Source of the DNA: Thermoplasmata archaeon
GTDB taxonomy: Archaea; Thermoplasmatota; Thermoplasmata; Thermoplasmatales; Thermoplasmataceae
DNA length: 64,000 nucleotides
NCBI GenBank assembly: GCA_021820405.1
Contig: JAKADQ010000001.1
Span: forward strand, 2,783-66,782
Reading direction: 5' to 3'
Part shown: in pieces, positions 51,768-61,985 of the stretch
How positions within the stretch are numbered: position 1 is the first letter of the stretch
Layout: every line of letters begins with the position of its first letter
Notes under the pieces: generated by a model
Database searches by the model: none
Told to the model about the DNA's origin: nothing
The model's input: the letters and a program-made list of their open reading frames with translations, nothing else
Position numbers and translations under genes: made by a program

Positions 51768-51795
51768 AAAATAGGTTCACGGGTGAATCTATTTT
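51768..51795. promoter_or_regulatory. Near-perfect palindrome in the CRISPR leader region
   Basis: AAAATAGGTTCAC-GG-GTGAATCTATTTT, 12 of 13 positions match. Confidence 0.45.
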
Positions 51796-51928
51796 CGGGA
51801 CAGAAAATTCCTACCTAGAAAAAAAATATACTACTTATATTTAAATATGGAAAAAATATCCTATTTGTAAATAACAGAAGCAGAATCTATCAAGAGAAAA
51901 GATATTATAATTGAATTACATATAAACG

Positions 51929-52433
51929 GTTTCAGAAATACTAGTTAGTATGGAAGCTCTCCTATTTTTAGCAACAATTTTTTTAATTACAACATAGTCG
52001 TTTCAGAAATACTAGTTAGTATGGAAGGTAGTCCATTCTCACACTGCGATTTGAAAAACTATCCAAATCGTTTCAGAAATACTAGTTAGTATGGAAGTTC
52101 GTAAGATTTCCAAAGACTTACATATTCCTTTACGTTTCAGAAATACTAGTTAGTATGGAAGTTCTTTTGTTTGAAGTATCGTGAACTTAGCAACTCCCTC
52201 TTCAGTTTCAGAAATACTAGTTAGTATGGAAGCACCTCCTGTATCAATATCCACTTCTTTACAGTCATCTTGTTTCAGAAATACTAGTTAGTATGGAAGT
52301 CAAAATCTCTTTGAAGAGGTTTGACACACCGTACTGTTTCAGAAATACTAGTTAGTATGGAAGACGCATCTTGATAGCTACCCTCTTGCCTTCCAATTCC
52401 TTACTGTTTCAGAAATACTAGTTATTATGGAAA
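51929..52433 (+). CRISPR. CRISPR array: 8 repeats (28 bp, GTTTCAGAAATACTAGTTAGTATGGAAG), 7 spacers of 36-43 bp
   Basis: Repeats start at 51929, 52000, 52070, 52134, 52205, 52272, 52336, 52406; last repeat has 2 substitutions, so the AT-rich leader is probably on the left. Confidence 0.98.
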
Positions 52434-52713
52434 CAATTGATCGAATTAGAGTCCTAAATCCAGTACTTTTCTTATCTGATTCTTAAAAAAAGAATTCAAA
52501 TCTAAACTTAAAAATTAAGAAACTTTTTGGGTTTTTGGAGAGTTTATGGCCGTATCTGTAAATTAGTTCAGGAAAGTAGGAAAAAATTCATGAATCTTCC
52601 TGTCTTGATTTTGTAAATAATACCTGCGATTATGAAGCAAGTTAAATAACCCAACTAGATGAAATTCATGGAAAAGTAATAAATGGTTGTTGAATATATC
52701 AGTTTGCTTAGTT

Positions 52714-53733
52714 ATGATAAGGTATGGTATAGCTGGTATTCCTCTAACCGGAAAGGGGAGGACCTTCATAGATTCTGTTGAGGAGGCTTACAAGCTCGGA
52801 TTAAGTGCACTCGAAGTTCAGTTGCTAAGGGTAAACTTCCAGCAAAATCCAGGCCTTGAGTATGCTGGTATGAGACCAAGAGATAACGAAAATTCAATCA
52901 TAATCGATGTTCTTAGGCCCAATGACGACGGGGATTATTCGAGTATAGGCACTGAGACAGTAATACAGGACGAGGACATCGTCAAGGAACTTTTCTGGAA
53001 CATGGCAAAAAATTACGATGAACTTGAAATGGGTGGTGAACTGGCAAAAGAACTTGACATCCTGCTTTCAATTCACAGTCCTTACTATATGGATATGTTG
53101 AACGGTGGCGAAATCGCTGAAAAATCTATAGATCATTTAAAATGGGCACTCATAATTGGAAAGGCTATGGGTGCCAAGAGAGCAGTCAACCACACTGGTT
53201 TCTATGGAAAAACCAAAAAAGGAAGTTTGAAGGATGCTATAGAAGTATACCAGGCAATAAGTGGTGAAATGGGACATGAAAAGGGCTTTCCTTATATCGG
53301 TGTTGAAACTTCCGGCAAACCTGAGATATTTGGAACTGCAGACGACGTTATAGCCTTGGCCAAAAAGAATAGCAATATAGAGCCTATTCTGAACATGCCA
53401 CACTATCATTCACTTACTGATGGCAGCTTGCTTAATACAAAAGATTTTACAGATATTACTGAGAAATTCAGAGAGTATGCTAAAGGCGATTTATACGTGG
53501 AATTTGCGGGAGTTGAGCATGAGGGCAATGTGGAAACAAAACTTACCGCAATCAAGCATGGTGATCTCAAATTTGAAACATTTGCAGAAACACTTCTGGA
53601 TTACCAAGACGATATAACAATTATTTCATGCTCACCTCTTTTGGAACACGATGCCCAGTATATGGAAGCCATATTTGATAGAAATTTCATAAGGCGCCAA
53701 CAAAGAAAAAAGGAGAGAGGTAAGGAAAATTGA
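52714..53733 (+). CDS. Endonuclease IV-like TIM-barrel protein
   Basis: GLSALEVQ, LSIHSPYY, HTGFY, VETSGK..FG, SPLLEHDA. Confidence 0.85.
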   Translation: MIRYGIAGIPLTGKGRTFIDSVEEAYKLGLSALEVQLLRVNFQQNPGLEYAGMRPRDNENSIIIDVLRPNDDGDYSSIGTETVIQDEDIVKELFWNMAKNYDELEMGGELAKELDILLSIHSPYYMDMLNGGEIAEKSIDHLKWALIIGKAMGAKRAVNHTGFYGKTKKGSLKDAIEVYQAISGEMGHEKGFPYIGVETSGKPEIFGTADDVIALAKKNSNIEPILNMPHYHSLTDGSLLNTKDFTDITEKFREYAKGDLYVEFAGVEHEGNVETKLTAIKHGDLKFETFAETLLDYQDDITIISCSPLLEHDAQYMEAIFDRNFIRRQQRKKERGKEN

Positions 53734-54023
53734 GAAATTATCCTGTTAAGAAAGGTTTTAAAACGGACACGGAGACAATACAAGGAAAGATTGAAAAGTA
53801 CACTAAGGATATTGATATAAGTGGGAATATCATTGAATTTTCACTTCCGGGAATAACTAAAATCAGGATAGAATGTGGGAAGAAAACACTGGACGTGGAG
53901 ACTGAAACAGACACTTCATATAAAGATCCTGTAAGTTCCCTAAAAACCTATAACAATCTTATAACGGAACTAACCGGTTACGATTCAAAAGAAAGAAAAA
54001 AGAGATTATCCAAAGCCGATTGA
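53730..54023 (+). CDS. Small conserved archaeal protein (DUF5611-like)
   Basis: YPVKKG start and LTGYDSKERKK end; GAGGT RBS. Confidence 0.75.
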   Translation: MRNYPVKKGFKTDTETIQGKIEKYTKDIDISGNIIEFSLPGITKIRIECGKKTLDVETETDTSYKDPVSSLKTYNNLITELTGYDSKERKKRLSKAD

Positions 54024-54084
54024 TCTTAAGGTACATAATTAATACAAATATGTAAACACTATTTTTGATCTGTTTTCCTCAGCG

Positions 54085-54455
54085 CGTCTGCAACAAAGAA
54101 TCATAAGCATCACTTTTGATAGAAGGCGCATACCCTTGTGAATGCGATCAGGATCATTGATAAGTTATCACTAACGCCTGCCAATGTACATGATTCAAGG
54201 CTATCGAGACAGAGGATATTTTGGATCTGTGCAAAAAGGTATCAATAGAACCATGGATCGTGCAATGAGAGGGTCCCCATTATCAATCAAGAGATTCGCC
54301 GGAATATCAGAACACTAGGAGTCCGATCCATGGTGGAACATCCCTGTGTATTCTTGATGATGTAGTAGTAAGAACATTAAAAACAATCAGAGTCAAGACA
54401 TACTTCACAGCAATCTGTCATAATATCGTAAGGAGAAAAATCCTTGATCCCATGG
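54085..54455 (+). pseudogene. IS5-family transposase remnant
   Basis: Fragments TKNHKHHF, LTPANVHDS, YRDRGYFG, RSMVEHP, RVKTYFTAICHN in broken frames. Confidence 0.75.
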
Positions 54456-54719
54456 CCTTACGCTATGTACAATTGTATAATTATTGAAAATTAATCGAAA
54501 ACATAGTGAAACACACTATTTTTCACCTCAATTAAGAAAGATTGAAATGCTTGCAGAGCATATTTCAAAGAGGTGGCATTAAAGTTAAGGTTTTAGGAAA
54601 GCCTCTAACGAATATAACGGTCCTATCCATAAATATGCTATGTTAATAAAAAGGACGGTTATTTCAACCATAACGTTATTTCAATGGAAAATTTAAGGCT
54701 TTGTAAGGCATGGAGTTTC

Positions 54720-55562
54720 ATGTTAGAGGGAAGACCGTTTAAGGGGAAATTCTACCTTATAACCGGTGGCGGAAGTGGGCTGGGCCTTGAGATTTCCAAA
54801 ACTTTGGCGTCATATGGGGCAGGAATTTACATTATTGGTAGAGATAAGGAAAAGCTGAGCAGGGCCAAATCACAAATTGAGGATCTAGGTTCAGAATGTG
54901 GATATTTTTCCGTTGATATAAGAGAATATGAAACTGTTAGAGGAATAATAGATAACGTATTTTCGTCTTACGGAATCGATGGGCTGGTCAATAATGCAGC
55001 CGGAAATTTCATTTCAAGGACAGAGGATCTCTCGATGAATGCTTTTCTTTCTGTCATAAATATTGTTTTAAATGGTTCCATTAATATAACTTTGGAAACC
55101 GGAAAAAAATGGATCGAGAAAAAAAGGAAGGGAAGTGTATTGAGCATACTGACCACATATGCTGAAACAGGTTCAGGTTTCGTCGTACCCTCTGCAGCGG
55201 CTAAGGGTGGATTAAATGCCTTCACGAAAAGTATTGCTGTAGAATGGGGCCCAAAAGGAATCAGGGCTAATGGTATTGCTCCTGGCCCATTCAAGACTGA
55301 GGGGGCATGGAAAAACCTTATTCCAGATCAATCTTTTGAGGACTATCTGGTAAATAAGAATCCCATGAAGAGATTGGGAAATGTAGAAGAAATAGCGGAA
55401 CTTGCGGCTTTTTTGCTCAGCGATTATTCATCATTTATAAATGGTGAGGTAATAAGGATAGACGGAGGAGAATTTCTGAAAGGATCCGGTCAATTTAACG
55501 ATTTATCGATCCTTTCAGATGAACAGTGGGAGAACTTGAAGTCCAGGAGGGAAAAGAAATGA
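54720..55562 (+). CDS. SDR oxidoreductase, 2,4-dienoyl-CoA reductase-like
   Basis: TGGGSGLG, NNAAGNF, PSAAAK, NGIAPGP. Confidence 0.9.
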   Translation: MLEGRPFKGKFYLITGGGSGLGLEISKTLASYGAGIYIIGRDKEKLSRAKSQIEDLGSECGYFSVDIREYETVRGIIDNVFSSYGIDGLVNNAAGNFISRTEDLSMNAFLSVINIVLNGSINITLETGKKWIEKKRKGSVLSILTTYAETGSGFVVPSAAAKGGLNAFTKSIAVEWGPKGIRANGIAPGPFKTEGAWKNLIPDQSFEDYLVNKNPMKRLGNVEEIAELAAFLLSDYSSFINGEVIRIDGGEFLKGSGQFNDLSILSDEQWENLKSRREKK

Positions 55563-56035
55563 TGAGCATTTTCATTAATGGGTGGGAAACTAATTTGAAA
55601 TTCTCTGCGGCACATTTTATACCTGAGCACTCAAAATGCCGCAGGCTTCACGGGCATGATTATGCTGTGGATATCACACTATTCGGTGAGCTTGAAAACG
55701 GAATGGTAGCTGATTTTGTCCAGATCAAAAGGGAACTAAGGCAAATGCTTGAAGAAATAGACCATAAGCTGATACTCCCAATAAACGGAGAAGGAATAAC
55801 ATACATATTGGATGGGAACAAATACAAAATAAAATATGAGACATTTGAAATGTCTGTTCCCAAAGAATTTGTCTATCTCTGCGATGTGAAGCACAGTTCA
55901 AGCGAAGAACTCGCGAGATACCTGACGGGTATACTGATTAAAAAAGTCACTCTTGGCAAAAACGTCAAGAAGATAGAGTTCTCTGTATATGAAGGCCCAG
56001 GCCAGAAGGCAACATGGGAAGAGGTTCTGGGATGA
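55559..56035 (+). CDS. queD: 6-carboxy-5,6,7,8-tetrahydropterin synthase
   Basis: FSAAHF, CRRLHGHDY, DF..IK, SSEELA; adjacent to queC. Confidence 0.9.
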   Translation: MMSIFINGWETNLKFSAAHFIPEHSKCRRLHGHDYAVDITLFGELENGMVADFVQIKRELRQMLEEIDHKLILPINGEGITYILDGNKYKIKYETFEMSVPKEFVYLCDVKHSSSEELARYLTGILIKKVTLGKNVKKIEFSVYEGPGQKATWEEVLG

Positions 56036-56724
56036 AAGCCATCGTGCTTATGTCGGGAGGCCTGGATTCTACAACAGTACTGGCATATGCAATTTCTAAA
56101 GGATACGAAATCACAGGTTTAAGTTTTGATTATGGCCAGAGGCATAAAATAGAACTTGAATCTTCCAAAAAAATAGCTGAATTCTATGGAATTAATAGAA
56201 ATGTATTCAAAATAGACTTAAGGCAAATAGGTGGGAGTTCACTTACGGATAAGATCGAAATTGAAAAGGGCAAAATAGGACGGGAAGAAGTCCCAAACAC
56301 ATATGTGCCGGCAAGAAACATAATCTTTCTGTCAATAGCAGGTGGTTACGCGGATGTTGCCCACATAGATGACATTATGATAGGAGTTAACGCTGTTGAT
56401 TATTCAGGCTATCCAGACTGCAGGCCCGATTTCATATCCTCTATGGAAAGAACATTGAGGCTCGGTCTTTCTGGGAGCCATAACATTCAAATTATTGCAC
56501 CACTGCAACACATGTCAAAGTCAGAAATAATTAAGATGGGGATGAACCTCAAGGCACCATATGAGTTAACACACTCATGTTACAGAGGCGGAACCAAGGC
56601 ATGTGGAAAATGCGATTCCTGTCTACTACGCCTCAAAGGATTCATGGAGGCAGGGTATTTTGATCCCATAGAATATGAAGAATACCCGGAATTTTATAAT
56701 AAATATTTGCAAACTAAAAAATAA
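56032..56724 (+). CDS. queC: 7-cyano-7-deazaguanine synthase
   Basis: SGGLDS, YGQRH, YVPARN, YPDCR, SCY...CGKCDSC. Confidence 0.97.
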   Translation: MKAIVLMSGGLDSTTVLAYAISKGYEITGLSFDYGQRHKIELESSKKIAEFYGINRNVFKIDLRQIGGSSLTDKIEIEKGKIGREEVPNTYVPARNIIFLSIAGGYADVAHIDDIMIGVNAVDYSGYPDCRPDFISSMERTLRLGLSGSHNIQIIAPLQHMSKSEIIKMGMNLKAPYELTHSCYRGGTKACGKCDSCLLRLKGFMEAGYFDPIEYEEYPEFYNKYLQTKK

Positions 56725-56748
56725 TTAAATGGTAATATTGATGGGGAT

Positions 56749-57717
56749 CTAATGCTGTGAAAGAACAGCGTCCACTTTCTCTCCATTTTTCTTCACAGAC
56801 TCTACAGTTTTGTTCCACAGGACTTTTTCCTCGTCATTGAAATCTATCCTATAGATCTGCTCGACTCCTTCCTTTCCGATTTTTATCGGCACTCCTATAA
56901 ACAGCCCCTTCGCTGAATAGTGCTTTGCGTCTTCTTCGTCCATATACGCTGCGCATGGGATGACCCTCTTCTTATCCTTTATTATGGATTCAACCATCGC
57001 GGTGATTGAAATACCTGGTGCATAATATGCGCTTCCTGTTTTAAGAAGGTCTACTATTTCACCGCCCCCGAATCTTGTTCTCTTTACGATCTCATCGATC
57101 TTATTCTTTGGAAGAAGAGTGGATATGGGCATTCCTGCAACACTTGAATATCTTATAAACGGAACCATATCGTCGCCGTGTCCTCCCACAACAAAAGCGT
57201 TAACATCTTTAACAGAAACACCCAGCTCCATTGCTATGAATGTTCTAAACCTTGCACTGTCCAGAGATCCTCCTAGGCCAATTATCCTCTTCGGATTAAT
57301 TCCACTTACCTTTTGGAAAGCATAGGCCATCGTATCGGCAGGATTGGATACCATTACTATTATGGATTCTGGCGAATATTTCTTTACGTTCTCTGCAACA
57401 TCCTTTATTATGCCAATATTCTTAACAAGAAGGTCATCTCTGCTCATTCCGGGTTTTCTTGCAAGCCCGGCAGTAACAACTATGACATCCGACCCTTTCA
57501 TATGAGAATAGTTTTCAGGATTTGTAGTTGTGAAGCCTTTTATGTTATTATCAACACCCCAATGTGGAGTACCTTCCATCATATCCAGAGCTTCTCCCTC
57601 TGGTTTTCCATCCACAACATCGAACAAGTAAATGTCGCCCAGATCCTGTATGGAAAGAAACTGAGCAACCGTAGCACCTACATTTCCAGCGCCAATTACG
57701 GAAATTTTTGATCTCAT
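56749..57717 (-). CDS. mdh: Malate dehydrogenase (LDH-like)
   Basis: GAGNVG, ARKPGMSRDDL, LDSARF, GGHGD. Confidence 0.96.
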   Translation of the reverse strand: MRSKISVIGAGNVGATVAQFLSIQDLGDIYLFDVVDGKPEGEALDMMEGTPHWGVDNNIKGFTTTNPENYSHMKGSDVIVVTAGLARKPGMSRDDLLVKNIGIIKDVAENVKKYSPESIIVMVSNPADTMAYAFQKVSGINPKRIIGLGGSLDSARFRTFIAMELGVSVKDVNAFVVGGHGDDMVPFIRYSSVAGMPISTLLPKNKIDEIVKRTRFGGGEIVDLLKTGSAYYAPGISITAMVESIIKDKKRVIPCAAYMDEEDAKHYSAKGLFIGVPIKIGKEGVEQIYRIDFNDEEKVLWNKTVESVKKNGEKVDAVLSQH

Positions 57718-58062
57718 GGTTAGGAGATTTCCTGATATATTATATTGTTATTCCCTTTTAAATATGAGCCATTGAAAAATACTTCTCTATAAATAGGAAA
57801 GCGCTTTTTACTTAGTAATCTATTTACAAAACTGATATGGCCCTTGAAGATAAATGCCAGATTATAAAATCAAATAATTTAGGGTCAATCTCTTGATGTT
57901 GGTGCAAATCAGAATGAAAATTGCCTCCTTTCCCTCATTATGCCGATCAATTGGAAATTCAGCGTTTCAGTAGGTGCCTCTTCCAATAAAGAAAATTTCA
58001 ATAATGCCATGGAATAATCGAAAGAGATTAATTTATTACTTAATTTCCTCTTACCGATCAGT

Positions 58063-59238
58063 ATGAAGGTAGCAATCCTGGGGATCGACGGGTATATAGG
58101 ATGGGCACTTGCTTTGAGACTTTTGAGAAATGGCCACGAGGTTGTTGGTGTTGATTCACTCTATACCAGAAAAAGAGTGGAAGAGGTTCATTCAGGCTCA
58201 ATTACACCCATACTGGATATAAATAAAAGAATAGATGAAGCTTCCAAATTCTTTGGCGGCAAGATCAATTACTATCAGGGTGATGTGAACGATCCAGAGT
58301 TCATCTATCACGTGATCGGAAAGGAACTTCCCGATTCCATAGTGCATCTTGCTGAGCAGAGGTCAGCTCCATACTCTATGATAGGCCTGCGGCAGGCAAG
58401 GGAGACATTAATACAGAATATGGGGGGAACTATAAATCTTGTATATGCTATGAAGGATCTTGTTCCCAAGGCACATTTGTTAAAATTAGGTACAATGGGC
58501 GAGTACGGCACTCCAAATATAGACATCCCGGAAGGCTTCTTTGAGATTGAATATAATGGGAGAAAAGATACACTTCCATTCCCAAAATTTGCAGGTTCAT
58601 GGTACCACTGGAGTAAGGTTCATGACAGCAATAACCTGATGTTTGCAAATCGCCTATGGGGCTTACGAATAACCGATGTGATGCAGGGCGTGGTCTATGG
58701 GACAAGGACAAAGGAGATAAGTGATTCAGGGCTTTACACAAGATTCGACATAGATGAGGTATGGGGTACGGCGTTAAACAGGTTCTGTGTCCAGGCTGTT
58801 CTTGGAATGCCCATAACCGCATACGGAAGGGGTGATCAGAGGAGAGGATTCTTATCCCTTGAAGACAGTATCGCATGCCTTATGCTGGGCCTCGAAAAAC
58901 CTGCTGGTGAAAATGAATACAGGGTATATAATCAGTTTGATGAGCATTATTCCATAAATGAAATAGCTGAATTTGTAAAGGACGGCGGCGAGAAGATACT
59001 CAACAAAGAGATAGAAATAAGCCACGTGCCGAATCCGAGATTGGAAAAGGAGCAGCATTATTATAACCCAGAGCACAAAAAACTAAGAGAACTTGGTTAT
59101 AAGCCTGCAAGAAATTTAAGAGAAGACGTAAATGATATAATATCAGACGTACAGAAGTTTAGTGAAAATGCCAGAAAATACAGAGACAGGGTAGCTCCAA
59201 AGACCATATGGAGAGAAAGTGCAGGCTTTCTAAATTAG
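58063..59238 (+). CDS. UDP-sulfoquinovose synthase (SqdB/Agl3 family)
   Basis: GIDGYIG, AEQRSAPYSM, KLGTMGEYGTP, YHWSKVHDS, GTALNRF. Confidence 0.93.
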   Translation: MKVAILGIDGYIGWALALRLLRNGHEVVGVDSLYTRKRVEEVHSGSITPILDINKRIDEASKFFGGKINYYQGDVNDPEFIYHVIGKELPDSIVHLAEQRSAPYSMIGLRQARETLIQNMGGTINLVYAMKDLVPKAHLLKLGTMGEYGTPNIDIPEGFFEIEYNGRKDTLPFPKFAGSWYHWSKVHDSNNLMFANRLWGLRITDVMQGVVYGTRTKEISDSGLYTRFDIDEVWGTALNRFCVQAVLGMPITAYGRGDQRRGFLSLEDSIACLMLGLEKPAGENEYRVYNQFDEHYSINEIAEFVKDGGEKILNKEIEISHVPNPRLEKEQHYYNPEHKKLRELGYKPARNLREDVNDIISDVQKFSENARKYRDRVAPKTIWRESAGFLN

Positions 59239-59430
59239 TGGCACATTTTTTCGAGTGCTGGTTGAAGCCTCAGTGTTCATCTCATTCGGCTATTATGGGT
59301 TGAGCAGCCGTTTTCAAAGGTTATCTTTTATTGAGAAATGAAATCTTAAACACAGTTGGCAGGCAATTGACATGGTTGTCGATTCCAAATTTTATGGAAT
59401 ATTTATTAATGAATTAACAATTTAAGGTCA

Positions 59431-60885
59431 ATGTCTCGTAAGTTAAACCGGAGTAATATCAATAAATTTCTGGTTGGGACCGTAACAGTTCTTACCGTGT
59501 TCGTGTTTGCATTTTCGTTCCTTTCGTCAGGTATACCGTTGACTACACAACATGCCATTTCAGCAACTCCTCAATATCAGTATAATAAAACCGTTTACAA
59601 ATATCAGTGGATGAACGATACCTCGGTTGTAGGCCCCATGCCAGTAAGCAATGGAACAATGTCCTGTTTTGTACCATCTGAGGAGGTTGTTCTATTTGGT
59701 GGTCAGACTGTGATGAACCTAAGTGTAAACAAGAGTGGCAAAAAAACTTTTGAGATGGTGAATGCATATTCGAACCAGACATGGCTATATCAGAGCGGCC
59801 AGTGGTCAAGGCTCACCAGTCAAAGTTCAATTCCTCAAATGGCCGGATCCTCCAGTTCATATTATCCAAGGGGGGAAAGCATAGTGCTCTTTGGTGGGGA
59901 AAATAATGGCACGTTGTTTAATTATACATGGATCTTCACAGGTCTTACATGGACACCACTCAAGGGTCTTACTACGGTTCCTTCCGCCAGAGCTTTCAGT
60001 GCAATGGCCTATTCAGCCAATATTAAGGGGATCATTCTTTTCGGAGGTAAAACTGCGAGCGGATACTCCAATTCGACATGGCTTTTCAGGGATAATTCAT
60101 GGTCAAAGATTACTACAAAAGGAGATGTGCCTCCAGCCATGGAAGGGGCCGCAATGAGTCAATTACCAGACGGCAATCTTCTCCTCTATGGAGGTTACAA
60201 TGGTTCCTATAGCAACTCAACATATATTCTGAACACTACAACAGATAAATGGTCAAAGGTAGATACAACCATCACGCCACCTGCACTCGCTTTTTCATCC
60301 TTAAATTACTTTAGTTTCAATGATTTTACTCTTTTATATGGTGGAGTCACAGGTAACGGAAAAGCTTCAAATGCCACATATATGTTCAACAGTGCGGATC
60401 AATGGCAAGAATTACATATCAAAACTCCTTCAGCTGAATATGGCCAATCGCTTTCAGTATATTCAGCAAACAATACCGTTGTTCTTTTCGGCGGCGCTTT
60501 TAACAGCACATACTCGGGATACACAAATGATACATATCAGTTCCAGAACAACTCATATAACTGGGTTATATTCAACGAATCAGGTCTCCCATCAGGCCTT
60601 AAATGGGGTATCCAGCTTGGAAATTCATACAATAATACCACAGGGAATTTTGTTGGATTTATGTTAATGACTGGAACGTATGACTATAACATAACTGCTC
60701 CAGCAGGATACCAAACATCATCTCCCTCCGGAAATCTGACAATGTATTTCTCTGAACTTCAGGAATCCGTGACATTTTCTAAAATTCCAGGGTTACTTTA
60801 CTACTCCTACGGAGCGATTGCAGGCATAGTTATAGTGATTCTTGCCATGGCGGGTGCCGAAGTTTACAGAAAAATTACAAAGTAG
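59431..60885 (+). CDS. Membrane-anchored Kelch-repeat protein
   Basis: Repeated LFGG...N.TW units, one FNESGLPSGLKW module, N- and C-terminal TM. Confidence 0.88.
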   Translation: MSRKLNRSNINKFLVGTVTVLTVFVFAFSFLSSGIPLTTQHAISATPQYQYNKTVYKYQWMNDTSVVGPMPVSNGTMSCFVPSEEVVLFGGQTVMNLSVNKSGKKTFEMVNAYSNQTWLYQSGQWSRLTSQSSIPQMAGSSSSYYPRGESIVLFGGENNGTLFNYTWIFTGLTWTPLKGLTTVPSARAFSAMAYSANIKGIILFGGKTASGYSNSTWLFRDNSWSKITTKGDVPPAMEGAAMSQLPDGNLLLYGGYNGSYSNSTYILNTTTDKWSKVDTTITPPALAFSSLNYFSFNDFTLLYGGVTGNGKASNATYMFNSADQWQELHIKTPSAEYGQSLSVYSANNTVVLFGGAFNSTYSGYTNDTYQFQNNSYNWVIFNESGLPSGLKWGIQLGNSYNNTTGNFVGFMLMTGTYDYNITAPAGYQTSSPSGNLTMYFSELQESVTFSKIPGLLYYSYGAIAGIVIVILAMAGAEVYRKITK

Positions 60886-61612
60886 CCACAAAATTTTTAA
60901 AATAATTATATGTTTTTTCCACATTTTTTACGTAATTTTCGACTTTTCCGACACTGACCCATTCCTCTTTTCTGATCAGATTGTATCCCAGCTGGTAATT
61001 TCCCGCCAATGCATTTCCAATATACTCTGTGAATTCCACTCTTTTTCTATCTAAAAATTCATATAGCGGTTTATGGAAGTAATAAATGGCCGCTATGGCC
61101 AGATTGGAAACAGGGTTTTGTGGTTTTTCCACAACATTTCTGACCATGCCCATTCTCTGATCAACAATCGCGTTCCCGTAATTTTGAGGTTTTTCAACCT
61201 CAAACAGGGTAAGTTTCGATTCTTCACCCTTGGTCACATCCTTATAATAGGCAGGGTCAAGAATGAAACCATCTCCGGCGTTAAGAAGGCATCTTTCCTT
61301 AAACAATTCCCTTCCCTCATACACCGCGCTTCCGAATCCATCTGGTTTATCCTGATACATTATCTCCACATCAGGAAATTCCCTGCTGATATAATCAAAT
61401 GTAATTCTGTCATTACTGTTAAGGATCACTGCAATCCTTTTGATTCCTGCAAATTTCATTCGGTATATGACTATATCAATAACCGGCCTCAGAACAAGTT
61501 TTCCATCCCTGATATCATAAAGTGAGAGCATTTCCTTTCTAAACTTTCCATCCAGTCCTGATCTCGTGCCAAGGCCAGCTGCGGTTATTAAGCCATTAAT
61601 GCCGATCACCAC
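60875..61612 (-). CDS. Sugar-phosphate nucleotidyltransferase
   Basis: ITAAGLGTR, Q..PDGFGSAV, GD, VVEKP. Confidence 0.9.
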   Translation of the reverse strand: MVIGINGLITAAGLGTRSGLDGKFRKEMLSLYDIRDGKLVLRPVIDIVIYRMKFAGIKRIAVILNSNDRITFDYISREFPDVEIMYQDKPDGFGSAVYEGRELFKERCLLNAGDGFILDPAYYKDVTKGEESKLTLFEVEKPQNYGNAIVDQRMGMVRNVVEKPQNPVSNLAIAAIYYFHKPLYEFLDRKRVEFTEYIGNALAGNYQLGYNLIRKEEWVSVGKVENYVKNVEKTYNYFKNFVATL

Positions 61613-61985
61613 TTCTCACATAGTCCATTGAAAATAGAATAATATAAATTGCGGGAAAGAGAAAGAAGCCAGTGATCATCGTGGTGTCTGCAACTGAGAT
61701 ATAAAAGCTGTTGCCAAATTTGTAAAGTGCAGATAAATGGGAGGGATTTAATGATATCCCGATAGATATTACTGCCAGAATTACCCCAATGATCTTCAGG
61801 TTTTTGTTTTGATAGAGAACAATAAGTAATGAAAGTGCTACCAACACTATCACTGCTACAGTGGTTAGATAGGTGAGATACAACGGGACAAGTTTTCCCG
61901 CATAAAGCGAAAAGCCACCTATAGTTAGAGACAAAGCTGAAAGAATTAGAAGAATTGAATATTTTCCATCATTCAAAACTAGCAC
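61596..61985 (-). CDS. Four-TM membrane protein
   Basis: Four hydrophobic helices; overlaps the nucleotidyltransferase start. Confidence 0.7.
   Translation of the reverse strand: MLVLNDGKYSILLILSALSLTIGGFSLYAGKLVPLYLTYLTTVAVIVLVALSLLIVLYQNKNLKIIGVILAVISIGISLNPSHLSALYKFGNSFYISVADTTMITGFFLFPAIYIILFSMDYVRSGDRH

Noticed and set aside
51957-52405. Self-targeting by CRISPR spacers within the window
   Set aside because: No match noticed by eye; a full search was not possible
52563-52769. 68-aa ORF beside the CRISPR array as a possible small cas or anti-CRISPR gene
   Set aside because: Antisense overlap with the start and promoter of the endonuclease IV-like gene; no recognisable motif
52714-53733. 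Nuclease next to the array as a novel CRISPR effector
   Set aside because: Looks like an ordinary archaeal endonuclease IV-like gene paired with a DUF5611-like gene; adjacency alone is not evidence
59239-59430. Short hairpins (CGGCT/AGCCG, GCAC/GTGC) after the sulfoquinovose synthase gene
   Set aside because: Stems of 4-5 bp are expected by chance; no family motif
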